DNA of 63,436 nt, the filler included, from Octopus bimaculoides (Eukaryota): assembly GCF_001194135.2 (NCBI RefSeq). It is 8 parts of 7 records of this genome, joined end to end, with 100 filler letters (N's around TTAATTAATTAA, not from the genome) between each part and the next. Parts side by side here need not be neighbours in the genome. Positions count along the whole stretch, not along the records: positions 7,428 to 14,251 come from NC_068991.1; positions 14,352 to 16,288 come from NC_068995.1; positions 16,389 to 21,472 come from NC_069000.1; positions 21,573 to 34,945 come from NC_068987.1; 4 more parts are not named here. The stretch is one strand, 5' to 3'. The translations under genes were made by a program, and so were the position numbers. Position 1 is the first letter of the stretch. Every line of letters starts with the position of its first letter. Shown here one piece after another: positions 13,881 through 25,200 of this stretch. The notes beneath the pieces are model-generated. The model saw nothing but the letters and a program-made list of their open reading frames with translations. It did no database searches and had not been told where the DNA came from.

Positions 13881-14351
13881 ATTCTCTCTCTCTCTCGTAG
13901 TTTTTCCTTAAGGTCTTCAGGTTCTGGCTATATATAAATGAGAAATCCATTCTAAATTATCTCAATCCCTTCTCTCCGCTGACATACTACGACGAAGTCT
14001 CCAAGATGCAGATAAGATAGAGATTTTTATTTATTTACGGCCTCAAACATCTCATACCTTCGCGCTTTAGTTTGCCCTCTATTATTTATCTTGTTTCTCT
14101 CCATGAAATTCAATTGAATTCAGTTGTTGTCTTAAATTCATACTTATTCATTTTCTAAGCTTCCTAAATTCATGCTACGTTATATTCTATTTACCTAGAA
14201 TTCATTGCTCTTTTAAAAATTACGATTTATGCATTGTTGTCTCTCAAATATNNNNNNNNNNNNNNNNNNNNNNNNNNNNNNNNNNNNNNNNNNNNTTAAT
14301 TAATTAANNNNNNNNNNNNNNNNNNNNNNNNNNNNNNNNNNNNNNNNNNNN

Positions 14352-14386
<35 letters not shown>

Positions 14387-14589
14387 CATATGTGCTTACA
14401 TACATATGTATATATATATATACATAGACATATACACACATATATACATATATAGATGCGTATATATATATAGAGAGAGAGACAGAGAGAGAAAGAGAGA
14501 GAGAGAAACACACATATATATATATACATACATACGTACATACATACATACATACATACATATAAATATATATATATAGTTGAGATTTA

Positions 14590-15187
14590 TAGAAAAACAA
14601 ATGGCGAAGACAGTTGTATGAACAACAAGCAAGTGTATTTTTTTGACGCTCGTGAAAAATGGAAAAGTCTTCTAGGTTTCGAGCTTACGCTCATCAACAG
14701 AAAATATCCTAACTGAAATTCTTATTCGAAGGATTTGAATTACCATTGGATCTACTGATTCCAATTTCTCGGATTTTACTGTATTTTTTCTTTGATGTAA
14801 ACCAGTCCATATACGTTAGTATTTTTTTCGAGGTTTCGCATTATAGAAAAGAGGTTTTTCATTATTTATCTTTCGGTGTTGGTAGCGGTGGGGCGATGTA
14901 ATCATCAATGTTTTCGTTGTGTTCGTCATTATTTAGTATAGACACTACTAGATCTTTGTAGTAAAATGTGTCCATTTCCACTACTGCAGTCCATTTATCC
15001 GTTTCTTTGATCGTTATTTCTTCATTGTTTTGTAGTTCAGTTAGTTCTTTCCATCTGATGGTGCTGAAGTTTGAAATGATTTTCAGTTTGTGCAATGTGT
15101 GGTTGGGGACGTTTATAATGTGGTTGCAGAATTCGTTGACATTTTCTTTTTTTCGTTGTGGGGGATGTGTTCACTACTGTTTTTGAC

Positions 15188-15221
<34 letters not shown>

Positions 15222-15335
15222 GGAAAACGAAGCGGAGGACAGTTGTAGCAACAGCAACTATTTGTTTTAGTTTGACGCTCAGGAAAGTGGAAATGCTCTT
15301 CTACTTTTCGAGCCTACGTTCTTCGACAGAAAGGT
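14590..15335 (-). mobile_element. Penelope-like RT N-terminal fragment between two diverged direct repeats carrying hammerhead-like motifs
   Basis: ELQNNEEITIKETDKWTAVVEMDTFYY resembles the PLE motif IKxADKGxAVVIMDxxxY. Repeats at ~14590-14705 and ~15220-15335. Confidence 0.65.
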
Positions 15336-15682
15336 ATTACAGGAAATAAATAGAGAATGGATAAAAAAACGTGCTGTGCTCAGTTGTCCAACATGGCGGA
15401 TGTTTGTAGAATACACAATGTACCTTAAAACAATATACTACAGATATACATACATAACATACAGAAAACAGAATATTGTTTTAAGCTACATTGTGTATTC
15501 TACAAATATGACTGTTCAAGTATCATAATAGTAGCTCTTTTGGTTGTATAACTAATTTGATATGTATGCACATGTATGTTTGTATGAGTCTACCTATTTA
15601 TCGATCTATATCTATTTATCTTACTATCTGTTTGTCTGTCTGTCAGTCTGACTATGTATGTATGTATGTATGTATGTATGTA

Positions 15683-15739
<57 letters not shown>

Positions 15740-15740
<1 letters not shown>

Positions 15741-16130
15741 GTGCGATGGGTAAACTGTTGCCATTTTATAGTTTTTGAATTTCACCCATGCGCTAGTTTG
15801 TTTTGGATTTAGTCGACTACACAGAATAGTAGGGTCAGTTGGGAACCCATTGTGAGTAAACACAACACCATGACGCAATTCACTCTGCCAGGAATTTGGA
15901 AACGACATGCTATACTGTTTGGCATTCGCACCACAATCTCTAGTGCAAACATTTCAGAGTGTATGGCTGTCAAGCCGATGACATGTACCGAGAATGATAA
16001 TAATCAAGCATGCAATCAACATCATGGTTATGCCTCCATTCATCTTCCCTCAGACTCAACACAGAGACCTACAAGAAGTGCCTGGAGGGGGTAGTATTGC
16101 CCTGTGTCAAGAGACGATTTTATTGAATAA
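15740..16130 (+). mobile_element. Internally deleted Tc1/mariner remnant
   Basis: MTQFTLPGIWKRHAILFGIR (HTH start) joined to VMPPFIFP...LNTETYKKCLEGVVLPCVK (DDE region). Confidence 0.65.
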
Positions 16131-16495
16131 GTTTACTCTTTAGTATTTCAAGTTACATCTATGTAAATTTTGGAAATACATCTGTTAAAATGAGATGCCA
16201 GTTTTATATTCATTTTCGCGTAACCTTGACGACAATACATTCAATGGACCCTGCATATAAATAAATAAATATGTATATATATATATATNNNNNNNNNNNN
16301 NNNNNNNNNNNNNNNNNNNNNNNNNNNNNNNNTTAATTAATTAANNNNNNNNNNNNNNNNNNNNNNNNNNNNNNNNNNNNNNNNNNNNTTCCTCCTCCTT
16401 CTCCTCCCCTTCCTCCTCCTTCTCCTCCTTCCCTTCCCTCCCCCCTCTTCCACCAGCAGCACTTGCAGCACTACCACCAGTACCAGCAGCAGCAG

Positions 16496-16526
<31 letters not shown>

Positions 16527-17127
16527 CTCATCATCTTTTAACGTTCATCTTCCATGCTGGCATGAGTTGAATGGTTTGACAAGATCTCATGGATCCAAAG
16601 TCTGCCCCATGCTCCTAGGGTTTTTTTTCTCTCCATGGCTTGGATGCCCTTCCTTATGGCCAACTACAACACAGCATGTACTGGGTTGTTGGGTTGTTCT
16701 TTCATGTGCCATCAGCACCAGTGAGGTTGCCATACGGCTTGCAAGACTATGAACCCTGGGTGAAGAATTGGAGATTTATGCTCAGAGAATAGGGAGTAGA
16801 AAGGGATAATGTATGAAAGAAAAGGGCCAGAGCAGGACAGGATTCCTTGCAGTAGAGAAGGCACAGGACTATTCATATTTTACAAGAGAGGAAGGGTGTA
16901 TTGGAACCAGAAAATGGTATAAATTGTGATGACATGTCAGAGTAATAAGACAAGTTTTTGTTGGCCATTGCCAGTAGCATGATCTTCAAATGACAAATGG
17001 CTGAGACCTTTTGCGATATGATGTGCTTGAGAAGATTGTCAAGTTCTATATTTAAGAGATGAGGAATTATATACATTATTTACACTATTTACATTTGACA
17101 GATATTTGTCCTCATCTTGCTTGTTGT

Positions 17128-17176
17128 TAAAACAATGTTTCGGCTGATATACCCTCCAGCCTTCATCAGGTGTCTT
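17128..17176 (-). ncRNA. Minimal type I hammerhead ribozyme motif (Penelope-type)
   Basis: Minus strand reads aagacac-CTGATGA-A-GGCTG(gagggtatat)CAGCC-GAAAC-ATT-gtttt. Canonical core and 5-bp stem II; stems I and III imperfect. Confidence 0.6.
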
Positions 17177-17649
17177 GGGGGAAATTTCGAACCCAGGTCT
17201 GTCAAATCTAAATAATGTAAATAATGAAGATTGTCAAGCTAAGTGAAATCATAGTCATGGCTGTTGCCAGTGTTATGTAAATGGCACCCACGGAATTGTA
17301 ATCATCACACCTGTGCCAGTAGCATATGTAAAAAGCACCCACAACACTCTCGGAGTGGTTGGCGTTAGGAAGGACATCCAGCTGCAGAAACCATGCCAAA
17401 TCAGACTGGAACCTGGTGTAGCCATCTGGCTTAACAGTTCCAGTCAAACCGTCTAACCCATGCCAACATGGAAAGTGGACGTTAAATGATGATGATGATG
17501 ATGATGATGATGTTTTGTTATTGCTGTTGTTGTTGTTGTTGCTGCTGGCACCCATTTTACTAATCAGATATGTGGTGTGTGGGAGTTTGTCATTAAAAAT
17601 AGGTTTTTCTGAAAAAACACTGCACTTAACAGACTGTTATTGTAAATGG

Positions 17650-18203
17650 GTTTCCACTAAGTATCTTGAGAGAAAAGCTGAACATTAGAAGCATCAGTTG
17701 TGGTGTGCAAGAGAGACGATTGCGCTGGTATGGACATGTGGTGAGAATGGAGGAGGATAGCTGCATGAAAAAGTGCCACACCCTAACAGTTGAGGGAACC
17801 CGTGGAAGAGGTAGGCCCAGGAAGACCTGGGCTGAGGTGGTGAGGCAAGACCTTCGTACATTGGGCCTCACCGAGGCGATGACTACGGACCGAGACCTTT
17901 GGAAATGGGCTGTGCGTGAGAAGACCCGGCAAGCCAAGTAAGATCGTTGCCAGTGCCCCTGGACTGGTTCTTGTGCAGGTGGCATGTAAAATACACNNNN
18001 NNNNNNTCATGCCGGTGACACGTAAAAGCACCCACTACACTCTCTGAGTGGTTGGCGTTAGGAAGGGCATCCAGCTGTAGAAACTCTGCCAAATCAGACT
18101 GGAGCCTGGTGTTGCCATCCGGTTTCACCAGTCCTCAGTCAAATCGTCCAACCCATGCTAGCATGGAAAGCGGACGTTAAACGATGATGATGATGATGAT
18201 GAT
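17650..18203 (+). mobile_element. RTE-clade LINE, 5'-truncated 3' end with (GAT)n tail
   Basis: RRLRWYGHVVRM...EGTRGRGRPRKTW is the RTE/BovB C-terminal motif. The 3' UTR ends gcggacgttaaacgatgatgatg. Many UTR-only copies elsewhere (e.g. 17290-17500, 35980-36220, 44350-44600). Confidence 0.9.
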
Positions 18204-18247
18204 TCAGCAAAAACAAACTAACTCCAACTTGTATCAGGTACTTCCCA

Positions 18248-18604
18248 GTAGCAGTAGCAGCAGCAGTAGCAGTAGTAGTAGTAGTAGTAGTAGTAGTAGC
18301 AGCAGCAGTAGCAGTAGTAGTAGTAGTAGTAGTAGTAGCAGCAGCAGTAGCAGCATTTGCAGCATCAGTAGTAGTGGTGGTATTGGAAGTAGTCATAGTC
18401 ATAGTAGTAGTAGTAGCAGCAGTAGTAGTAGTAGTAGTAGTAGTAATAATAGTAGTCATAGTAGTAGTTAGTAGTAGTAATGTATGGTAGTGGTGGTGGG
18501 GGGTAATAGCAGCAGCAGTAGTCGTCGTAGTAGTATTTTAGTAGTAGTAGTAGTAGTAGTAGTAACCATATGGTAGTTGTGCTGGTGGTAACAGCAGCAG
18601 CATC

Positions 18605-18643
<39 letters not shown>

Positions 18644-18708
18644 TATAGTAGTAGCAGCAGCAACAGTAGTGGTGTTGGTTGTAGTGGTATTCATGGTAGT
18701 GGAAGTAA

Positions 18709-18750
<42 letters not shown>

Positions 18751-18905
18751 CAGCAGCAGCAGCAACAGTTGTGATATTGGTTGTAGTGGTAGTAGTAGTA
18801 GTAGTAGATGTTGATAGTAGTAGTAGTAGTAGTAGAAGCAGCAGCAGCAGTAGTGGAAGTAGTAGTAGTAGAAGTAGTTGTAATAACAGCAGCAGCAGCA
18901 TTAGT
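18248..18905. repeat. Compound (AGT/AGC/GGT)n microsatellite
   Basis: Direct inspection. Confidence 0.9.
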
Positions 18906-19239
18906 TGCTGTTGTCGTTGGGTTGCTTCAGTACAATTATGATACGGAAACAGCTGATCAAAAGAATCCTTTAGTTAGTGTTATGATTATCAATGGGCCAT
19001 CTTGTTTTTATTGTGTGTATAGGAAACGGGGTGGGTTTTGGGGGTGGATGAGATGAAGATCTAGAGACCATAAAACAAACAAAACAAAACGAAAACAATG
19101 TGGATCTATTCCTTATTCTTTCAAGAGAGCAGGGTGTGTTGGCAGACAAAAAGAACCTTTGCTGTTTTGCATTGAGTACTTAGATGTATTACCTACATTA
19201 GAAGCTCCTACACTTTTTTACTTATGAGCTGTTGATTTG

Positions 19240-19279
19240 ATAGATAGATAGATAGATAGGTTGATAGATACTTAGTTAA

Positions 19280-19315
<36 letters not shown>

Positions 19316-19392
19316 ACAGACAGAGAGACAGCCAGGTAGATAGATTGATAAATAGATAGATAGATAGATAGACAGATAGATAGATAGATAGT

Positions 19393-19437
<45 letters not shown>

Positions 19438-19560
19438 TGTTAGAAAGACAGAGAAATTGATTTAGATAGACAAGCAGACAGCCAGAAAGACAGCCAGCCA
19501 GCTAAAAAGCCAAACAGCCTGGTAGATAAATTGATAAATAGATAGATAGATAGATAAATA
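19240..19560. repeat. (GATA)n / (GACA)n tetranucleotide tract
   Basis: Direct inspection. Confidence 0.9.
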
Positions 19561-19989
19561 TATATATATATATANNNNNNNNNNNNNNNNNNNNNNNNNN
19601 NNNNNNNNNNNNNNNNNNNNNNNNNNNNNNNNNNNNNNNNNNNNNNNNNNNNNNNNNNNNNNNNNNNNNNNNNNNNNNNNNNNNNNNNNNNNNNNNNNNN
19701 NNNNNNNNNNNNNNNNNNNNNNNNNNNNNNNNNNNNNNNNNNNNNNNNNNNNNNNNNNNNNNNNNNNNNNNNNNNNNNNNNNNNNNNNNNNNNNNNNNNN
19801 NNNNNNNNNNNNNNNNNNNNNNNNNNNNNNNNNNNNNNNNNNNNNNNNNNNNNNNNNNNNNGTCAAGATTTGCATTTATACTCTTCTTGTGTTAGCTTAC
19901 TGCAATCACATAAGATTTCACTACAGATTTGCTCTTTGATTAAATTTTATCAATCTTTGTCTTTGTGAACTTCATTCTGATGAACTTCA

Positions 19990-20330
19990 TTCTGTTCCTG
20001 AGCCTCTAAAATTAGTAATTCAAATTCCTGTTTCGGGTTTCCACATGTCCACGACAACCCAAATCCTCAGTTTGTTGCACGAATTGGCCACCATGCAATT
20101 TCCTCTCTTTCTAGCTATTCATCCAGTTATTTTCCCTTCTGTTCTCAAATTCTCTTATTGTTTCAGTGATATTTTAGATATTTCTGGTCCAAAACAGTAT
20201 TCTTTCTTCATGACATACAGCATAATTTTTATCTCCAGTATTGTAGTACTAATGATATCTTCTGCTTCCTTCCATTTTTGGTAGGTAGAGTCTGTCAGCA
20301 TTACTTTTAGAGTAGTGCCTGTTGTGCATT
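19990..20330 (-). mobile_element. Decayed R2/R4-like non-LTR RT C-terminal fragment
   Basis: DRLYLPKMEGSR (cf. DRLYLPRKEGGRG) and RKLHGGQF (cf. KxLHGQF). Confidence 0.55.
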
Positions 20331-20854
20331 GTGCATTACAGGAAACGTTTTGAATATGTATATAAAAGCTCATATTCTATTATCCAAGGGTTATTATTAT
20401 CATTACTATATATATGTATATATATGTATGTATGTATATATTTTCTTTTATTCTTTTACTCTTTTCAGTCATTTGACTGTGGTCATGCTGGAGTACTGCC
20501 TTAAAGGATTTTAGTTGAAGAAATTGACCCCAGAACTTATTCTTTGTAAGAGTAGTATTTATACTATTGGTCTCTTTTGCTGAACTGCTAAGTTACAGGA
20601 ATCTAAACACACCAGCATCAGTTGTCAAGTGATGGTGGGGAGGACAAATAGAGACACACACACACACGACAGGTTTCTTTCAGCTTCCATCCACCAAATC
20701 CACTCACAAGACTTTGGTCGGCCCAAGGCTATAGTAGAAGACACTTGCACAAAGTGCCACGTAGTGGAACTGAACTTGGAACCGTGTTGTTGGGAAGCAA
20801 GCTTCTTACCACACAGCCACGTCTGCACCTATTTATATATACCTTATATGTATG

Positions 20855-20889
<35 letters not shown>

Positions 20890-20968
20890 AACCATATGTG
20901 AATCATTGGCGATTTTTTTCCCTCTGCCTTCCTTTTCTATTGGACTTTCCTCTGTTNNNNNNNNNNAG

Positions 20969-21290
20969 TTAATTAAAGTATACACCTAAATTAGCAACAC
21001 AATTTTGCCATTTTATTGGTAGCTTATTAATGCCAGCAGTGAAGAATTCTGGAGAGCAAGAGGTGATGAAATCATGAAAGGCTGTTTTTGCATCTTCTTC
21101 AGATCTGAAGTTTTTTCCTTGTAAAAAGTTCTCTAATACCTGGAAAACATGATGGTCAGTTGATGCAAGGTTTGGTGAATATGGTGGATGACAGAGTACT
21201 TCCAAGTTCAGTTCCTATAACTTGAGTAGCGTTCTTTGGCAGTATGTAACCGAGAATTGTCTTGCAAGAGAATTGGCCTGTCTCTATTAA
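20969..21290 (-). mobile_element. Mariner transposase C-terminal fragment
   Basis: VLCHPPYSPNLASTDHHVF...INKLPIKWQNCVANLGVYFN matches the mariner YSPDLAPSD motif. Confidence 0.85.
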
Positions 21291-21658
21291 CCAATCTCAG
21301 CTTCTTTCAGTTTCTGTCTACCAAATCCAGTCACAAGGCTTTGGTACTATAGTAAAAGACGCTTGCCAAGGTGCCAGACAACAGGATTGAATCCAGAATC
21401 ATGCGGTTGAGAAACAAATTTCCTACCACACAGCCACACCTGTATATATATATATATATATACATATATATANNNNNNNNNNNNNNNNNNNNNNNNNNNN
21501 NNNNNNNNNNNNNNNNTTAATTAATTAANNNNNNNNNNNNNNNNNNNNNNNNNNNNNNNNNNNNNNNNNNNNGAATGTCTTACAGCTGTTTCAGGGAAAA
21601 TTCAATGTATCCCTTCATTGGAGACGGTAATAGTAGAAGTTAAGGATTATTAAATCCT

Positions 21659-21694
<36 letters not shown>

Positions 21695-21697
<3 letters not shown>

Positions 21698-21874
21698 TAG
21701 TTAAGTGTATGTCCCGTCATAGAATGACCAATGGTTTTGCATCCACAAAGGCCTTAACCTTGTCAGCTCCTAAAGCCGAAGACAAGTCTTTAGAGTGTGG
21801 TGAGACATTCATGGCGATAACGCCTTTGTAGATGCGAAACCATTGGTCTCTACCAGACATAGACTTAACTACTT
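21695..21874. mobile_element. Fold-back MITE-like element
   Basis: Imperfect inverted arms of ~55 bp: aagtagttaagtgtatgtc...caaaggc / gcctttg...gacatagacttaactactt. Confidence 0.65.
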
Positions 21875-22043
21875 GTGAATCCATTACTGCCCTATGTCTT
21901 AGAGTGTGTTTCTTTTTCGGATATATGATACATTGATATATATATATATAAAACCACCCTCCTCATAATTTTAATGTCCGCTTTTCCATGCTTGCACCTA
22001 ATTATTCTTTAATAATTTCCTCTCTAACATTTTCTGTTGCCAG

Positions 22044-22210
22044 ACTTCTTGTTGCTGGACGTATTGTGAGAATTAGCCGTATTTTGAGGATTCTTTACTT
22101 CATGTATATTCAGCATCGATATTTGACTTCTGCCTCTCGTAAAATAGTCTCACAAAACAAACGCCGTTACCAGAGAGATGGTTTTGATTTGGATCTCTGT
22201 TACATCACAG
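22044..22210 (+). CDS. TPTE: VSP/TPTE exon: S4 voltage-sensor helix, VSD-phosphatase linker, start of phosphatase domain
   Basis: Acceptor ttttctgttgccag, donor g|gtaatg. Translates (R)LLVAGRIVRISRILRILYFMYIQHRYLTSASRKIVSQNKRRYQRDGFDLDLCYIT. The RxxRxxRxxR S4 pattern and SQNKRRYxxDGFDLDLxY match the VSP/TPTE family. Confidence 0.95.
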
Positions 22211-22990
22211 GTAATGTTAATTAAATTAAGATCTTTGCTATATCACAGGTATAGTTAATTTACATCTTTGCTACATCACAGATAAAGCTAATTAAATTTA
22301 TTCTCTGTACTATGCCTATGCTTTTGGCTATCATTGCTGTCTTCCTTAACTTGACTTACGACTGCCTTCTGTCCCTTCTTATACTTTTCCAACAAGTTGT
22401 AGTACACCTGAGATCTGTACACACTAAACTCATTATAATATTTAATGATGTAAAGTTCATGTACTTAATTACAAACCCCAAGCTCACAAGTTCAAATATT
22501 ACTGCAGCCATTATGTTTGTACTTCTTAGACAAGTCACATCACTCTGTTTGGTTCAGTCTGCCTGGTTAGAAAGAAAATAGGTTCTTCTTGCTACTTTAT
22601 AATTGTGTGGTGGTGTTGTTTACTCCCAGGTCAACCCGAAATGAACAAATATATGATCAAAGATATTTTTGCCTGACACAGTACCTGCATGATTATCCAA
22701 TGCATCCTTTCTTTCCTTTGTTCCTAAACATTAGGGTGTGATTTGAGGGAGATTTGGTTGTTACATCTAGCAGATCAAATGGTCACATTAAGGCTCCCCT
22801 TAAATAATTAGTGTTTTGATGGGTTACCCTATCCAGCTTTTGAAAAAGAATTCTTCCAATTGTGTGTAGTGTAAATACAAAAAATAAACTTGACTGCCCT
22901 CACAAATGAGAATACTAAAAATGAACCCAACTGCTCTCAAAAATTAAGTAAAAGACAAGGAAAATAATGCAGAATTCTTGTCTGCAAGAC

Positions 22991-23220
22991 GGCGAGCTGG
23001 CAGAAACATTAACGCGACACGTGAAATGTTTAGTGGTATTTCGTCTGCCTCTACGTTCTGAGTTCGAATTCCGCCGAGGTCGACTTTGCCTTTCATCCTT
23101 TCGGAGTCGATTAAATAAGTACCAGTTACACACAGCGGTTGACATAATCGACTTAATCCGTTTGTCTGTCCTTGTTTGCCCACTCTGTGTGTAGCCCCTT
23201 GTGGGCAGTAAAGAAATAAG
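22991..23220 (+). mobile_element. tRNA-derived SINE (family B here; more than 10 copies, e.g. 37560-37785, 43960-44160, 44640-44850, 53440-53860)
   Basis: Head ggcgagctggcagaa...gagttcgaattcc with A/B boxes; body gtcgactttgcctttcatcctttcgg recurs on both strands. Confidence 0.85.
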
Positions 23221-23763
23221 AATTCTTGTCTGTTACTGGATTAATCCCAAAATCTAATCAGTTTGTGCCAGTCATGAGGTAAAATATCCCTGAAAGTTTC
23301 ATCCAAATCCATCCTGTGGTTCTTGAGATATCTTATCCATGGACAAACAAACAAGCAAACATAACTGAAAACAATACCTCTGCCTTTGCTAAGGTGTAGG
23401 TAATAATAATAATGATATTAATAATGATTTCCAATTTTGGCAGAAGGTCAGCAAGTTCAGGGAAAGGCATAAGCTGATTACATCAACCCCAGTACTTAAC
23501 TGATACTTATTTTATGAAGCCCAAAAGAATGAAAGGCAAAGACGACCTCAGCGGAATTTGAACCCAGAATATAAAGAGACGAACTACTGCTAAGCATTTT
23601 GCCCAGCATACTAACAATTCAACCAGCTCACCACCTTACTAATGATAATAATAATAATGATGATGAATGCTCTTAGGAAACACAGATGTAAAACAAAAAG
23701 AACGCAATAAAAAAGTAAATGATTTTAATTATTACTAATTTCTTAATTATTTTTTTTATTTAG

Positions 23764-23828
23764 AGCGAGTTATTGCCATGTCATTTCCTTCCACTGGTTT
23801 AATGGCATTCTATCGAAACCCTATACAT
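23764..23828 (+). CDS. TPTE: VSP/TPTE exon (ERVIAMSFPSTGLMAFYRNPIH)
   Basis: Acceptor ttttttatttag, donor cat|gtaagt. Phase 1 start joins the previous exon; carries the PTEN-family IAMSFP...YRNPI motif. Confidence 0.95.
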
Positions 23829-24429
23829 GTAAGTGCTTTTATTTCAACCATAACTCTAGTACTGAATTTTTGAATGTACAACATCTGTTATTGGTAATTC
23901 TTGATGCTTCAGATGTGATGTTCTTATTGGAAGATAGCAACAATGTATATTATAATATAGAATTAATGACATTTGAAAGTATATATACGATGTTTATAAT
24001 ATTACCATAAGAACTCAAAATAAAAGCAAAAGTGTGTTTGAAGCAGCTGTTATCATATGTGTCATTCACAAAGGTTTTTAAATGAAAGAATGTAAGGTTA
24101 AGCGTTTCCTTCAAGCTTTTATTTCATATTTCAAAAAGTATTCAGACAGTGAATATTCAAAAGATAACCAGGTTCAGTTTATCAGCTGATAATTGGAAAC
24201 AGGCAAGTCCAATTTCTGGAAATTGGAGCCTTTCCTTTCATTTATAATGTGTGTGTGTCTGAGTTTGTATGGTTTTGTATAGAAGAATATATTAATCAAT
24301 GAAATTCCAACTTTGTCTGATTTTCACGTTTTATTTACAATTTTTACAACTTTACAATAAACTAGTACTTTTATGCATTACGCAGTCATCAGGTTTATGT
24401 AGTGACAATCGTGTTCCACAATTGATAAC

Positions 24430-24492
<63 letters not shown>

Positions 24493-24986
24493 GGATGGTT
24501 GTACATTTACAGATTTTTATTAATGTCACCTGTTTTATAAATATTAGCACTTGCACCTATTCTTGTAGGGTTTTCAACTTTGAAACCCTTATTATTTTTT
24601 CTAATATATATATACGCACACACACACATATTCATTATCATCATTTAATGTCCAATTTCCATGCTTGCATGAATCGAAAGGAGTTTATTGAAGCAGGTTT
24701 TCCATGCCTGGATACCCTTCCTCTTACCATCCCTCACCTGTTTCCATGGCCAGACATGTTTTAGTCATGGAGGACCGGAAACGGACAACTTTGCTTGTAT
24801 GATGTTGAAGCACAATTATGACCATTACATGATGACTAGACAAGTGTATGCATAAACACATTATACAAGTGCACACACTTATAATACTTACTTCTGTTGC
24901 TAATAATTTTATATATATATATGCTAGCATGGAAAGCGGATGTTAAACGATATATATATATATACTATTCTGATACAAGAATGTTG

Positions 24987-25037
24987 TTGACAGTGACTTC
25001 AAAGTTTCGGCCATCTAAGCCATTATCAGACTGCCAA
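24987..25037 (-). ncRNA. Type I hammerhead ribozyme fold with G8A core substitution
   Basis: TTGGCAGT-CTGATAA-T-GGCT(tagat)GGCC-GAAAC-tttgaa-GTC-ACTGTCAA: 8-bp stem I, 4-bp stem II, near-palindromic stem III, GUC cleavage triplet. Confidence 0.65.
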
Positions 25038-25200
25038 TGTTGGCTTAGCTGGCTGAAGTCACTGTCAATAACTTTCTTGTATAAGAATAATAAATTTGTA
25101 CTCCAAAAAAGGATAGAGTAACCCATCAGATTAATGTAAAATTATTTTTATTATAACTGAACACAGACAAACAACATATATCATCATCATCATTGTTTAA

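Noticed and set aside
18139-18941. Mucin-like or poly-Ser/Val/Leu ORFs
   Set aside because: Translation of (AGT/AGC)n microsatellite in several frames.
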